Origin: a virus
DNA: 64,000 nucleotides
IMG/VR virus record: IMGVR_UViG_3300024294_000597
Reading direction: 5' to 3' (one strand)
Shown piece after piece: positions 48,293-57,735 of the stretch (positions are counted from its first letter, which is position 1; each line of letters begins with the position of its first letter). Below the pieces are notes generated by a model. The model was not told where the DNA came from and ran no database searches. It saw nothing but the letters and a program-made list of their open reading frames with translations. Position numbers and translations under genes: made by a program.

Positions 48293-48458
48293 TATAATTA
48301 GGCGCCATATCACGCTCAAATTGGTTAACGACCATTTTCTTATCTTCAATCATTCGTTCAATGATTGCATAGCCGCTACGCTTTTCGTCACTTGCACCTT
48401 CTGTGATAAGAATAAGTGCATTCTCTAAACTTTCGATGTCATTCAATAAATCTATCAT
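48285..48458 (-). CDS. Small protein (57 aa, MIDLLNDIESLENAL...EGASDEKR), not in ORF track
   Basis: ATGA overlap with the upstream gene; AAGGA RBS. Confidence 0.6.
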   Translation of the reverse strand: MIDLLNDIESLENALILITEGASDEKRSGYAIIERMIEDKKMVVNQFERDMAPNYNA

Positions 48459-48676
48459 GAGTAATCCTTCTCAATCCATTCTGTTGCATCACCTGTATAC
48501 ATTACACCATAGAACTGTGTATTGATACAATTTGGTCCGGTATATTTCCAACGCACATCCATACACATGCCACTGGCAGATCCGGTTTCTTTAACTGCGT
48601 AACCAATCTCTACTAAATCTCCAAAGCAGTACTCACGTGCACCACCGGCTTCGATAATATTTGGACACATATTCAT
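48455..48676 (-). CDS. Hypothetical early protein
   Basis: Start moved downstream of a TTGACA-17 nt-TATACT promoter that overlaps the previous gene end. Confidence 0.55.
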   Translation of the reverse strand: MNMCPNIIEAGGAREYCFGDLVEIGYAVKETGSASGMCMDVRWKYTGPNCINTQFYGVMYTGDATEWIEKDYS

Positions 48677-48735
48677 GTCAATCTCTGCCTTAAGATTAGT
48701 TTGTTTTGTTTGATTACTTAAGTTAGTATACATGA

Positions 48736-49059
48736 TTATGAGCCTACTGTCAACTCAATAAAATCATTTTCTACATTATAATCCAGTTGTTCAACGTAGA
48801 CACCCCAATACCCACAAGCATCCATAAGATGTTGTGAAGCCTTGAGAACAGAAGGAACGTCCCATTCACCGTTGACTACTTTAACTTTGTGACCTGATGC
48901 CCACTGCATCATAAAGAAATCATCCGTATTCAAACGATAGTCGGCCATATCGGTTCGCAATTCATATTCGCCATCTGCAATACCCATTGCTTTTGTTGTC
49001 TCACAATCGAATACCATACGGTTTTCGTTAAGATTTGAATAGATAGATTGATTTGTCAT
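48736..49059 (-). CDS. Hypothetical early protein
   Basis: Has its own promoter cassette. Confidence 0.65.
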   Translation of the reverse strand: MTNQSIYSNLNENRMVFDCETTKAMGIADGEYELRTDMADYRLNTDDFFMMQWASGHKVKVVNGEWDVPSVLKASQHLMDACGYWGVYVEQLDYNVENDFIELTVGS

Positions 49060-49061
49060 AG

Positions 49062-49122
49062 TGATTCTCTTTCTCTTTGATTACTTAATTAATATAGCAC
49101 GATTCGTAATATTGTCAAGTTT
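49062..49122 (-). promoter_or_regulatory. Early promoter/leader repeat, copy 1 (GANTC at 49101 and 49063)
   Basis: TTGACA ATATTA CGAATC GTGC TATATT; 59 of 61 nt identical to 49369-49429. Confidence 0.85.
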
Positions 49123-49366
49123 AAAATTCAGCAACTTCGTTGGTTACAAGATTACGCATTTCAAGTATTACATATGGAACCTTGGTTGACATTGTTACTT
49201 TACCAGCCCAATCACATGCGTCTTCCCAATCAACAAAATTCATTGTTTCTACTGTTTCAAGACCTTCGGCAATCCCTGACAAATGATATTTCTTCATTTC
49301 AACTTTGAACTGCATACCTAAAAAATCTGATTTAAGTGTTTCAAGCATTTGAATTTCATTTTGCAT
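49121..49366 (-). CDS. Hypothetical early protein
   Basis: Flanked by 61-nt direct repeats. Confidence 0.65.
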   Translation of the reverse strand: MQNEIQMLETLKSDFLGMQFKVEMKKYHLSGIAEGLETVETMNFVDWEDACDWAGKVTMSTKVPYVILEMRNLVTNEVAEF

Positions 49367-49368
49367 AA

Positions 49369-49429
49369 TGATTCTCTTTCTCTCTGATTACTTAATTAAT
49401 ATAGCACGATTCGTGATATTGTCAAGTTT
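49369..49429 (-). promoter_or_regulatory. Early promoter/leader repeat, copy 2 (GANTC at 49408 and 49370)
   Basis: TTGACA ATATCA CGAATC GTGC TATATT. Confidence 0.85.
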
Positions 49430-49590
49430 TATATAGCAAGTATTAATTTCATTTCGTTAACAATATCTTTGTATGTTTGAATCTTCTTTTCAATCGCATA
49501 CTTTTTCATTTTTACTGATGAAGTGTTACCAGCAAAAGTAGTTAGATATTTTTCTAACTTTTTGATTTCGTTTTCGTATTGTTCTATCAT
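49429..49590 (-). CDS. Small protein (53 aa, MIEQYENEIKKLEKY), not in ORF track
   Basis: Own promoter and GAGAGAG leader. Confidence 0.6.
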   Translation of the reverse strand: MIEQYENEIKKLEKYLTTFAGNTSSVKMKKYAIEKKIQTYKDIVNEMKLILAI

Positions 49591-49614
49591 TTTTCTCTCT
49601 CTTGATTATGTATT

Positions 49615-49643
49615 TAATATAACACGATTCGGGGATTTGTCAA
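49615..49643 (-). promoter_or_regulatory. Sigma70 promoter with spacer CGAATC (GANTC at 49626)
   Basis: TTGACA AATCCC CGAATC GTGT TATATT. Confidence 0.8.
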
Positions 49644-49647
49644 GTTT

Positions 49648-50775
49648 TTAGTCGTCCCTTTCACCATATCCATAATCGATAACAACTGGAAATCTTGGAA
49701 CGCCATCATTAGATAATTCAAAGTATCTGCAAGTAGCCCACGTGGGAGTTTCAGCATTTAGGAGTTCTTTTAATTTCTCTTGTGAACCTCTAACACCTGA
49801 ACTGAATTTTGTACCATTTGCAAGTTGAAGATTAAACCTTTTTGCATAACCTGACCAGTTACCATTACCTTCCTCAATACTTACTACAGTAAATTCTTCT
49901 GTGATAAATTCTTTTCGCTTTAGAAGATTTTTACTTCTCTTACATTCGTAAGCAGTATCCTGTCTAACCATTTGACCTTCATACCCTGCCTCTGTGTATT
50001 CACCATACATTTTATCAATTTCGGCAGTAGTATCTGTTTTAGTAGTTTCAACTAAAACAACCATTAATGGATTAGCAAACTTTCCAACATTATCTTCTAA
50101 CCATTTACTTCTTTCAGTAAATGTCATATCTGGATTGTTTTTATCAAACATATCATAAACATGATACTCAACTAATTCTGCACTCTCGGCAATTTCTTCT
50201 GGTCTACATTTTACTTTTCTAACAAGCGAAACAATCTTTTGAAAGTCTGCTTTAAGATTATGATTGTAAAGTTCACCATCTAAAACTACACTAGGATTAT
50301 TATCAATTATAGTTTGTAGAGTTTTCATAATGTGCGGACAACTATTGATTGGCTTTCCGCTCCTTGAATTCATACCATGTTTATCAACTAAACATCTAAT
50401 ACCATCTAGTTTCGGTTGTGTGTAACCGCTAGTAACTGGCTTCTTTGTAAAATCATTAGCTAACATAGGTTTGAATAGTTCGTAACTATCAACATCATCT
50501 ATGTTTTCAAAATATTCTTTATCTGCTTTTTGGTCCCAACTAGATTTTGCTTCTGAAATGGCTTGGGTCTTGGCAGTTGTTCCATTTGCTTTGCCAACAT
50601 TCTTAGCAATAGACATATTCCATTCGCTAGTAACTTTCTGACCATCAATCAACCCGGCAATAGTTCTTGTACCAGCAACATCATCCGAATCAAAACCGTA
50701 TTCTACAGTCCAAATCCTTAATTTGCCCTTTGTATCTCTTTTATATAAACTCGCCAAACTTGTGATATTTTGCAT
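49648..50775 (-). CDS. ATP-dependent DNA ligase
   Basis: QPKLDGIR, LDGELY, EGQMVR, LLKRK, PRFP. Confidence 0.93.
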   Translation of the reverse strand: MQNITSLASLYKRDTKGKLRIWTVEYGFDSDDVAGTRTIAGLIDGQKVTSEWNMSIAKNVGKANGTTAKTQAISEAKSSWDQKADKEYFENIDDVDSYELFKPMLANDFTKKPVTSGYTQPKLDGIRCLVDKHGMNSRSGKPINSCPHIMKTLQTIIDNNPSVVLDGELYNHNLKADFQKIVSLVRKVKCRPEEIAESAELVEYHVYDMFDKNNPDMTFTERSKWLEDNVGKFANPLMVVLVETTKTDTTAEIDKMYGEYTEAGYEGQMVRQDTAYECKRSKNLLKRKEFITEEFTVVSIEEGNGNWSGYAKRFNLQLANGTKFSSGVRGSQEKLKELLNAETPTWATCRYFELSNDGVPRFPVVIDYGYGERDD

Positions 50776-50819
50776 ATTTTCTCCTGATCCTGATTATGTA
50801 TATATAATAACATGGAATG

Positions 50820-51212
50820 CTATTTTGTCAAGTTTTTTTCAGCATTTCGGTATGCTTTTAGCATAACTTCCTGCATATCAAATGCTTCAATTTCCCAAGG
50901 ACGCTTTAAGTAAGGAACATCAGAACACTCAAATAGTGGATGTTCTTTTCTTACATCTTGTTTAATATGTACAAATTCGTGGAATATGCTTGTAAGTAAA
51001 TCATCTTCACTCAAACCCTTACGTACACGCATTGTATATTCACGGTATTCATCACCGCTTATTACGTCTGCATCAACTTTGATATTAGGGCGAATTTCAA
51101 TATCTATTTCTATATTCTTGTGCCGTGGGAGCAAGTAGTCCTTAGCAAACCAAAGTGCCTTAACTACCAATTCTTTCTCTTTTTTCAGGCCGCCTTTTAT
51201 AGAATATAGCAT
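50820..51212 (-). CDS. Zn-metallopeptidase-like protein
   Basis: HEFVH...PWEIEA. Confidence 0.75.
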   Translation of the reverse strand: MLYSIKGGLKKEKELVVKALWFAKDYLLPRHKNIEIDIEIRPNIKVDADVISGDEYREYTMRVRKGLSEDDLLTSIFHEFVHIKQDVRKEHPLFECSDVPYLKRPWEIEAFDMQEVMLKAYRNAEKNLTK

Positions 51213-51264
51213 ATTTTTCTCTCATTGATATTTACTAGGATATTCTTGGTATTAAATGCGTAGA

Positions 51265-51870
51265 TTATTGTGCTACGTTGTCTCCGAATTCAGAGTAATT
51301 GTGAAAAACATAGTTCCAAAGTTGACTGATATTTTCAATTTCTGAACCTAACTTTAGAGCATATGTTGAAATCTGATTTGATACAGAATTATAATCAACA
51401 TCATCTAACAGACAATCTTCAAGCATTTTTGTAACGCATTCTTTTACTTGAACATAACGCATGTTTTCTAGTTTACGTGCAACCCATTTCTTACCTGCAT
51501 AACGTCCTGTCTGCATACGTACTTTTGGGTCACGTGTAATGCAAGTGTATCCTTCTGATTCATAGATTTCAGAAAATAACTGATACTCAGATTGTAAATC
51601 TTCTTTATCAACATCACCTAATTCTTCATAAGAAACAGTCCATTCATCTTTTTTAGTACTGCTAAGAATTCGTAGGAAAGTTGTAGTAGAACCTGATTGA
51701 GCAGAATCTTTTCCTGAAAGAGCATATGCGGCTTTTGAAAACGCATTTGTAACTGTTACGTTCTGCTTATAATTTTCTTGTGAAGTTTGCCAAATGTGAT
51801 ACATTTTTCGAGTATCATTTGCAAAAATGCAAAATGTATGGGGAACTTTAATTGTTTCTAACTCTGACAT
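51265..51870 (-). CDS. Hypothetical early protein
   Basis: AAGGA RBS; GANTC promoter upstream. Confidence 0.6.
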   Translation of the reverse strand: MSELETIKVPHTFCIFANDTRKMYHIWQTSQENYKQNVTVTNAFSKAAYALSGKDSAQSGSTTTFLRILSSTKKDEWTVSYEELGDVDKEDLQSEYQLFSEIYESEGYTCITRDPKVRMQTGRYAGKKWVARKLENMRYVQVKECVTKMLEDCLLDDVDYNSVSNQISTYALKLGSEIENISQLWNYVFHNYSEFGDNVAQ

Positions 51871-51898
51871 ACTAAGTCCTTTTTTCTGAGTATGTATA

Positions 51899-51927
51899 TA
51901 CTATAACACGATTCGCTAGTTTGTCAA
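51899..51927 (-). promoter_or_regulatory. Sigma70 promoter with spacer CGAATC (GANTC at 51910)
   Basis: TTGACA AACTAG CGAATC GTGT TATAGT. Confidence 0.8.
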
Positions 51928-51929
51928 GT

Positions 51930-52412
51930 TTATGGAGAGTATTCGAAATTTTGAGTATCATCATTAATGCTAATTTGTTTAGCACCATTACTGATATGAA
52001 AATGAGTGGCCATCGGAGTAAGTGGTGATAGTGTTACAACTTTTTCTATTCCTTTTTTCTTAGCAAGTTCTAAAACTTTTTTTACTATTTCTTTTCCTGC
52101 TCCACGTTTACGTGACCATACGGTATAAGCAACTGCAACTTTATTATCTTTTTTTAGATACGCAAGTTCACTCATCATGTCTAACTCACGTACACTTGTT
52201 GGTACGTCAGGAGTGAATGCGACACAAATAATTGCTTCTATGTTTTCCTCATATTGTAGTCCGTAAATTTTGCGTCCATTAGTAATTCTCCATCCCAAAG
52301 TTAACTCTGGTCTAACTGGATCTTCTGTAACATCGATATCGTCTAGTTCAACTAATTCTGTTCCCTTGACCCATCTAAAGTAATCATTAATTTTATCTTT
52401 AACTATTCTCAA
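51930..52412 (-). CDS. GNAT-like protein
   Basis: YTVWSRKRGAGKEIV acetyl-CoA loop; A..FH..NG motif. Confidence 0.65.
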   Translation of the reverse strand: MRIVKDKINDYFRWVKGTELVELDDIDVTEDPVRPELTLGWRITNGRKIYGLQYEENIEAIICVAFTPDVPTSVRELDMMSELAYLKKDNKVAVAYTVWSRKRGAGKEIVKKVLELAKKKGIEKVVTLSPLTPMATHFHISNGAKQISINDDTQNFEYSP

Positions 52413-52424
52413 AATACAATCTCT

Positions 52425-53321
52425 TTATTCAAACAGACTGCCAAAGGCATCTGTTTGGTTAGGGTTAATACGCAACTGTTTTGGATAACCTGTTCTTTCT
52501 TTTTTTATTAGTTGCGTCCACTTACTTTTGTCATTTGGTAAGTTATATTTCTTTGCAATATAATCATCACGCATCTTTTCATCATCTTTACGAGTTTCAG
52601 TATCACTCCAAGTTGATCCAGCCGTCATTTCTTTCAGCATTATATTACGCAACATATAAGTTCCTTTGTTTGCCATTACACAAGAAACTATAAATTCATC
52701 ATCTTCACCACCAAGTATGGGTTTTGTACCTAATGGATGTACATTAAAGTACTCGTCCATCATTAAACGTTCTGGATTGTTTCGTAGAAAAAACATAGTA
52801 CCTTTCATGTGGGTAAGTTTTCTATCGAATACAAATTCTGCATTCCAGTCTACATCTTTGTAGTCTTTATCTACTCCATTAAATTTGTCATAGAAAGCCC
52901 CATCGCCCGGTCTTTGGTCGTTGTGCGGCGAGAATAACGTAACATCACTAAACTTTCCCGGATTGCTACGTAGAGCATCGACAATGTTGATATGAGTGTG
53001 GTCAAAATTAGGATGCATATTAAGGATTGCATCACTATCTGCAAAGATACCCCACTCCTCATTTGTATCATAGAAATAATTAAATAGTACATTTCTTGCA
53101 CTTGCAGGAGGAATAGGATTGTCAAGACGGTCGATATACACAACCCGAGGATCATTCCAATATTCCACTTCATCAAAGTCCATAGCGAGAATTCGTATCT
53201 CAAGTTCTTTGTCATAATCTAACCACCACTCTACTTGCTTATTATGATTAACACTTCTCTTATTTCTTGTCTCTGCATTATCACGTGACCCATGATATGC
53301 AATGATATGAATTGCTTTCAT
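52425..53321 (-). CDS. GT-A glycosyltransferase-like protein
   Basis: ASARN, IFADSD, GEDDEF. Confidence 0.65.
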   Translation of the reverse strand: MKAIHIIAYHGSRDNAETRNKRSVNHNKQVEWWLDYDKELEIRILAMDFDEVEYWNDPRVVYIDRLDNPIPPASARNVLFNYFYDTNEEWGIFADSDAILNMHPNFDHTHINIVDALRSNPGKFSDVTLFSPHNDQRPGDGAFYDKFNGVDKDYKDVDWNAEFVFDRKLTHMKGTMFFLRNNPERLMMDEYFNVHPLGTKPILGGEDDEFIVSCVMANKGTYMLRNIMLKEMTAGSTWSDTETRKDDEKMRDDYIAKKYNLPNDKSKWTQLIKKERTGYPKQLRINPNQTDAFGSLFE

Positions 53322-54925
53322 TATTTTATACCTATCAACATAAACCTATTGTATCGGTCACAATCTTTGGTTCCAACAAATAGTATTTCAGACATTATAT
53401 ACTTTTCTTGCAATTCTGTCAAGTCATTAACAGTGTTTATATGTTCATCAATTTCATGGAAATCATTCGTTTGTATAGCTACAACTGTGCCTGGTTTGAT
53501 TTTATTAAACCATTCTTCTGTCATATGTTCTGCACTTGTATTGATAACTAAGTCATGTTTATCATAATCGTAGTCATATGCGTCTTCTACTAAGCCTGAG
53601 TACGTATTATTGAACTGATTAAGTTTGTTACTAAATTTTATTGCTTCTGGATCCATATCAATATTTGTAATATGATGTACAATATTTCTTTTGTGTGTCC
53701 AGAATGTCGATATACCCAACCAACCACCTATGAATACTGCATCTTCAAAGCGTCTATTTAACTTAACTAAATTATCAATTAACCATGTTTTGCTTTCTAC
53801 TTGATAATTAGAATGTGCGTCTACGATGTTTACTTCTGGAGCTTCCTTGAATGCTCCCATTAACATACCAAAATATGGATCTTGTTCTGTATTAAAGTAC
53901 TCATACATGAAATGGATACATCTTTCAGGGTTGAATCTATTCTTTATACCACTGTAAAGATATTGTAAAAATATTTGTAAATGTTCAGACTTATATTTCT
54001 TATCCCATATAAGTTTTTCTATAGCATTAAATACGTGGTCTTGGTTGCTATCAATAACAGCCAATCTCATTAATTCTAAGTCTTCTACATTTGGATGATT
54101 TGTCCACTCAGCATATCGTTGAATACCATTTAGCATATATCTACCATCAGGGTATGTCGTATCGAATTCGACTATTGGTTGTGCCTTCCAATTCTTTCTT
54201 TGCTTAAACCAAGTGTTCAACCATTTCCAATTATTAATTCTGTGTAACTTATCACCTTTGCCCACGTTAACAGTACCATAATTTTCGCCCATTATGGCCC
54301 CTAATAAGATTTCTGCACGAAATCCTACATCCTCTAATGGGGTCTTCCATTCTTTTAATTTGGTTCTTCTATCTTGTGTTGCAATGCCACTTGCTAGTTT
54401 AGTGCTTTCTCTAAATGCACCTTTCCACGCATTAAAGGCTGTTGTATTAAAACGTGTTTCATTAGAAACATGTTCTATTGGTAAGTAAGGAAATCCACGC
54501 CTTGCTACTTCTGATGTAACATCAACACCTGGAAACTCTACATGAGCCCAAGCCTTATCAAAGAATGCTTCACGGGCAAATAGCTTAACACCGCCGTAGC
54601 CGTATGTCATTCCTGTTGCTGGATTTGTTGCTCTCCAAACATGTGTGCATTGTGCTGAACATGTTTCGGGATATACTTCATCTGTTGTGCTTGGTATATA
54701 TGAAAAGTCGAAATCATCAACAATCCATGCATCGCCATCTACAACAAAGAAATGGTCAGTCTTTGATTGTCTTGCACATTCTTTATGAGCATTATAGATA
54801 CCATCTACGTCTGCTACATTAACCACACGTTGTGGGAAACCTGACCTGTCTTTTATTCTGTCATAGTTTTCTTGTGAAAAATCGTTCTTATATGTTAGAT
54901 AGAATATATCCAATAATGGTTGCAT
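53321..54925 (-). CDS. Glycosyltransferase-like domain fused to a SAM methyltransferase-like domain
   Basis: N-terminal FFVVDGD, GYGGVKL; C-terminal FIGGWLG, NIDMD, VINTSAEH. Confidence 0.7.
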   Translation of the reverse strand: MQPLLDIFYLTYKNDFSQENYDRIKDRSGFPQRVVNVADVDGIYNAHKECARQSKTDHFFVVDGDAWIVDDFDFSYIPSTTDEVYPETCSAQCTHVWRATNPATGMTYGYGGVKLFAREAFFDKAWAHVEFPGVDVTSEVARRGFPYLPIEHVSNETRFNTTAFNAWKGAFRESTKLASGIATQDRRTKLKEWKTPLEDVGFRAEILLGAIMGENYGTVNVGKGDKLHRINNWKWLNTWFKQRKNWKAQPIVEFDTTYPDGRYMLNGIQRYAEWTNHPNVEDLELMRLAVIDSNQDHVFNAIEKLIWDKKYKSEHLQIFLQYLYSGIKNRFNPERCIHFMYEYFNTEQDPYFGMLMGAFKEAPEVNIVDAHSNYQVESKTWLIDNLVKLNRRFEDAVFIGGWLGISTFWTHKRNIVHHITNIDMDPEAIKFSNKLNQFNNTYSGLVEDAYDYDYDKHDLVINTSAEHMTEEWFNKIKPGTVVAIQTNDFHEIDEHINTVNDLTELQEKYIMSEILFVGTKDCDRYNRFMLIGIK

Positions 54926-54928
54926 GAC

Positions 54929-55252
54929 CTAGTTTACATCATCTGGCTTTGTTTCACTAGTTCCTAACATTGCTTCTGGATCACCCATCCAAATCTCGGT
55001 TTCTTCACCATCTATGTCAACGGTCATTGATTCTGTCCATCTTGCATGTTCCATTAGTACCCACTGTCCGGCTACTACTGATTCTTGCTCAGGTCCCACT
55101 GCATAGACTTGCGCCCAACGTGGTCTAATGCCACGCTCGCCTGCTGACATTTTAGAATCATCTAAAACGATAACTCCGCCTTTTGTTGTTTTTTCCCCTT
55201 TATCCAAGTTCTTCAAAAGAACTCGGTCCCTGATTGGTCTTAAACTCGCCAT
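54929..55252 (-). CDS. groES: Co-chaperonin GroES-like protein
   Basis: LRPIRDRVL...TKGGVIV...VYAVGP. Confidence 0.85.
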   Translation of the reverse strand: MASLRPIRDRVLLKNLDKGEKTTKGGVIVLDDSKMSAGERGIRPRWAQVYAVGPEQESVVAGQWVLMEHARWTESMTVDIDGEETEIWMGDPEAMLGTSETKPDDVN

Positions 55253-55260
55253 GTTTTCCT

Positions 55261-55692
55261 CTATTTCTTTTTAGATGTTTTTTTTGAAGTCTTCTTAACT
55301 TCTGATGCTTTTACAAAATTACCTTCTTCGTCTTCTACCCAATCTTCTTCTGTAACTTCCTCAGCTACTGGATCAGGTTCAGTAATAGTTTCAGTTTCGA
55401 CAACTGGCTCTACCCAATCATCTTCTGTTTGCTTTGGTGCATCCTGTTGTGTCCTTGCCGCATCATCTTCATTATCGATTTTTATGGATGATTTAACTAC
55501 CGCACGTGGATTATTTACGTTATAATGTTCACGTGCAATTTCATCGGCAGATTTTATAACTCTACCACCACGACCCAATTGGTCGCCTCGGGCATTAGTA
55601 GACGTATTGCCTACTGAGATATTCTTTTCCGATTTCGCCATCAGTTTAGCAAGGTCTACATTGATGCCACGCATACTTTTATATTGTTTCAT
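55261..55692 (-). CDS. Conserved hypothetical protein
   Basis: NARGDQLGRGG; GAGGA RBS. Confidence 0.65.
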   Translation of the reverse strand: MKQYKSMRGINVDLAKLMAKSEKNISVGNTSTNARGDQLGRGGRVIKSADEIAREHYNVNNPRAVVKSSIKIDNEDDAARTQQDAPKQTEDDWVEPVVETETITEPDPVAEEVTEEDWVEDEEGNFVKASEVKKTSKKTSKKK

Positions 55693-55907
55693 TGTATATC
55701 CTCGTTTTCATTTATTTCAAAAACTTTTTTTAATAAAGTTTTTATTTGTGTTTCGACATAATTCTTCTTATCATGTCTTTTTACAAATGGGTTATTTGAC
55801 TCATACGAATTATGAATTTGATTAGTTGCACATTTTACCAGACGTTCTTCTTTTGACGTTAAACAACGTTTGCTATTAGGAAATCTAACTATTGTATCAT
55901 TTGTCAT
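55689..55907 (-). CDS. Hypothetical protein
   Basis: ATGA overlaps at both ends. Confidence 0.55.
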   Translation of the reverse strand: MTNDTIVRFPNSKRCLTSKEERLVKCATNQIHNSYESNNPFVKRHDKKNYVETQIKTLLKKVFEINENEDIQ

Positions 55908-56467
55908 TTTAAAAACTCATTTATATCCAACTCGTATTTGATGCTATCAACTTTGTGTATACCTATTAAGTATAGCACATAACTGGCAACACTACTTCCT
56001 CTGCCGACACCCCATATAATATTGTTCTTTCTCAGTGTATCAACAATATAAACGCATACTTTAAGTACGTCTATTATACCGTATTTATCATATAAATATA
56101 ACTCATTGCACGTTCTGTTCATTTGAGGCAAATCATCAGGACATTTATCTAATACGTAATTCCATATGTCCATATTCTTGTATTCGTCAGGAATAAACCA
56201 TTCTTTCTGATTTTCATTATCAAATTCAGCTATTTCCTTAGATAATTTCTGTATGGGTTGAATTAAGTCTTTTTCAACATTATTTAATGATAATGCTTTA
56301 TTGTACTTTTCAATATCATCATGCCACTCCATTTCAGTGACTTTAGATATGTCTTCGCCATTATAAAGCATTTCGTATAAATCTTGACGATTATATACGA
56401 TTCTTCCGTACTGGTCTTTAAGACCGTCAATCTTTGATGATTTTAGGTTTCCAGCCATTAATGTCAA
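55904..56467 (-). CDS. DNA polymerase III alpha (DnaE) stand-alone fragment
   Basis: WGVGRGSSVASYVLYLIGIHKVDSIKYEL...F; ends before the PDID catalytic motif. Confidence 0.85.
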   Translation of the reverse strand: MTLMAGNLKSSKIDGLKDQYGRIVYNRQDLYEMLYNGEDISKVTEMEWHDDIEKYNKALSLNNVEKDLIQPIQKLSKEIAEFDNENQKEWFIPDEYKNMDIWNYVLDKCPDDLPQMNRTCNELYLYDKYGIIDVLKVCVYIVDTLRKNNIIWGVGRGSSVASYVLYLIGIHKVDSIKYELDINEFLK

Positions 56468-57089
56468 CTACTTCTCCGCCGTCGGGTTTCAATTCTAATT
56501 CTCCCATAGTTAATTTATCTATAGTATCTAATATAGTATCAAATTCTGGAGGGTTTGTCAAGTCCGTATTTTCATTTACTTCATAATCTTGTGTTTCTAC
56601 GGTTCCTCTTGACCACCATGGGTAGTTATAATAGTAATTTTCGTGTCCTATCCAGTCTTTTAGTGTTGGTAACGCTGGATAATTAATGTCTGCATATGTA
56701 TATGACATCTTGGGATTAGTGTATGTACTTCCAATAGTCACTGATACGATTTCAATGTCATTCTCGCATATTGCATTTAGCTTCGCATGTAATGTCATTG
56801 CTATGATATCGCTCGTAGGCACAAATGGAAATACTACTACTTTATTCTTTAGATGCATCATATCAATGGTAGATGCCTTATGGGTAAAAATAGATTGGTG
56901 TAGTATATCTTCAACAAAATACTTCATTTTTAAAAATGCCGCATTTCCTTTAGCTATTTCTGGAGTGTTCCAAGCAAAATCTATTTTAATATTAAAAGTA
57001 TCACTTAGTAAAAATGGGTCTGCCTGCATCATTGTGACACTAAACTTTGCTTCGTATGTTGTGTAACTATTTACATATTCGTCTGTCAA
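56427..57089 (-). CDS. Conserved jumbo-phage hypothetical protein
   Basis: 220 aa ORF coupled to the DnaE fragment. Confidence 0.6.
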   Translation of the reverse strand: MTDEYVNSYTTYEAKFSVTMMQADPFLLSDTFNIKIDFAWNTPEIAKGNAAFLKMKYFVEDILHQSIFTHKASTIDMMHLKNKVVVFPFVPTSDIIAMTLHAKLNAICENDIEIVSVTIGSTYTNPKMSYTYADINYPALPTLKDWIGHENYYYNYPWWSRGTVETQDYEVNENTDLTNPPEFDTILDTIDKLTMGELELKPDGGEVVDINGWKPKIIKD

Positions 57090-57090
57090 T

Positions 57091-57483
57091 TTATACCTCT
57101 GTTTTATTGGCTATTAGGTTTTGGTCTGTTATTTTACCTTCCATTACAAAGTATGTGCCTTGCTGGTGGTCAGCTTCATTAATTGTGTAAAAATCATACA
57201 TTAAAAACATTTTAGGGAATTCTGCACTTATTTTCAATATATATTTTATCAAATCTAATTTCCCCCCAAATGTCTCAAAATGCAATATATCATGTCCTAT
57301 ATCAAATTTCATAATCTTGATGTTAAATAATGGATGCCATTGATTGTACCAATCTTTATCCATGTATTCAACGAATTTAGTTATTGTAACATCATCACAA
57401 TCACATGTCAAGCTATGATATACGTTTGTTATCCTTTGTGGTTTCTTCGCCGGTACCGGTAAGTTCTCCGTCGTCTGATTCAT
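57091..57483 (-). CDS. Hypothetical protein
   Basis: AGGAGA RBS. Confidence 0.6.
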   Translation of the reverse strand: MNQTTENLPVPAKKPQRITNVYHSLTCDCDDVTITKFVEYMDKDWYNQWHPLFNIKIMKFDIGHDILHFETFGGKLDLIKYILKISAEFPKMFLMYDFYTINEADHQQGTYFVMEGKITDQNLIANKTEV

Positions 57484-57709
57484 TGTCTTCTCCTATAACC
57501 ATAGAATTTGGAGTTTTTTGATTTATTATCTCAAATCTCATTTTTTCAAAGCGTTCTGAATATTCTAGTTTCAACTCCTCTAAATGATGTTGTAACTGTT
57601 CCAGAACATGTTCTTGTCCCAAGCGATAAGCGATTTCCATCTTAGATTGCAAATCAGTTATCTTCTTATCTAGGTCCTCTTCGGAAAGACTTTTATAATC
57701 TGTGTACAT
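57413..57709 (-). CDS. Coiled-coil hypothetical protein
   Basis: Heptad pattern; TAAATA upstream. Confidence 0.6.
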   Translation of the reverse strand: MYTDYKSLSEEDLDKKITDLQSKMEIAYRLGQEHVLEQLQHHLEELKLEYSERFEKMRFEIINQKTPNSMVIGEDNESDDGELTGTGEETTKDNKRIS

Positions 57710-57735
57710 AATATTTACTCTCTATTTACAAGTAT

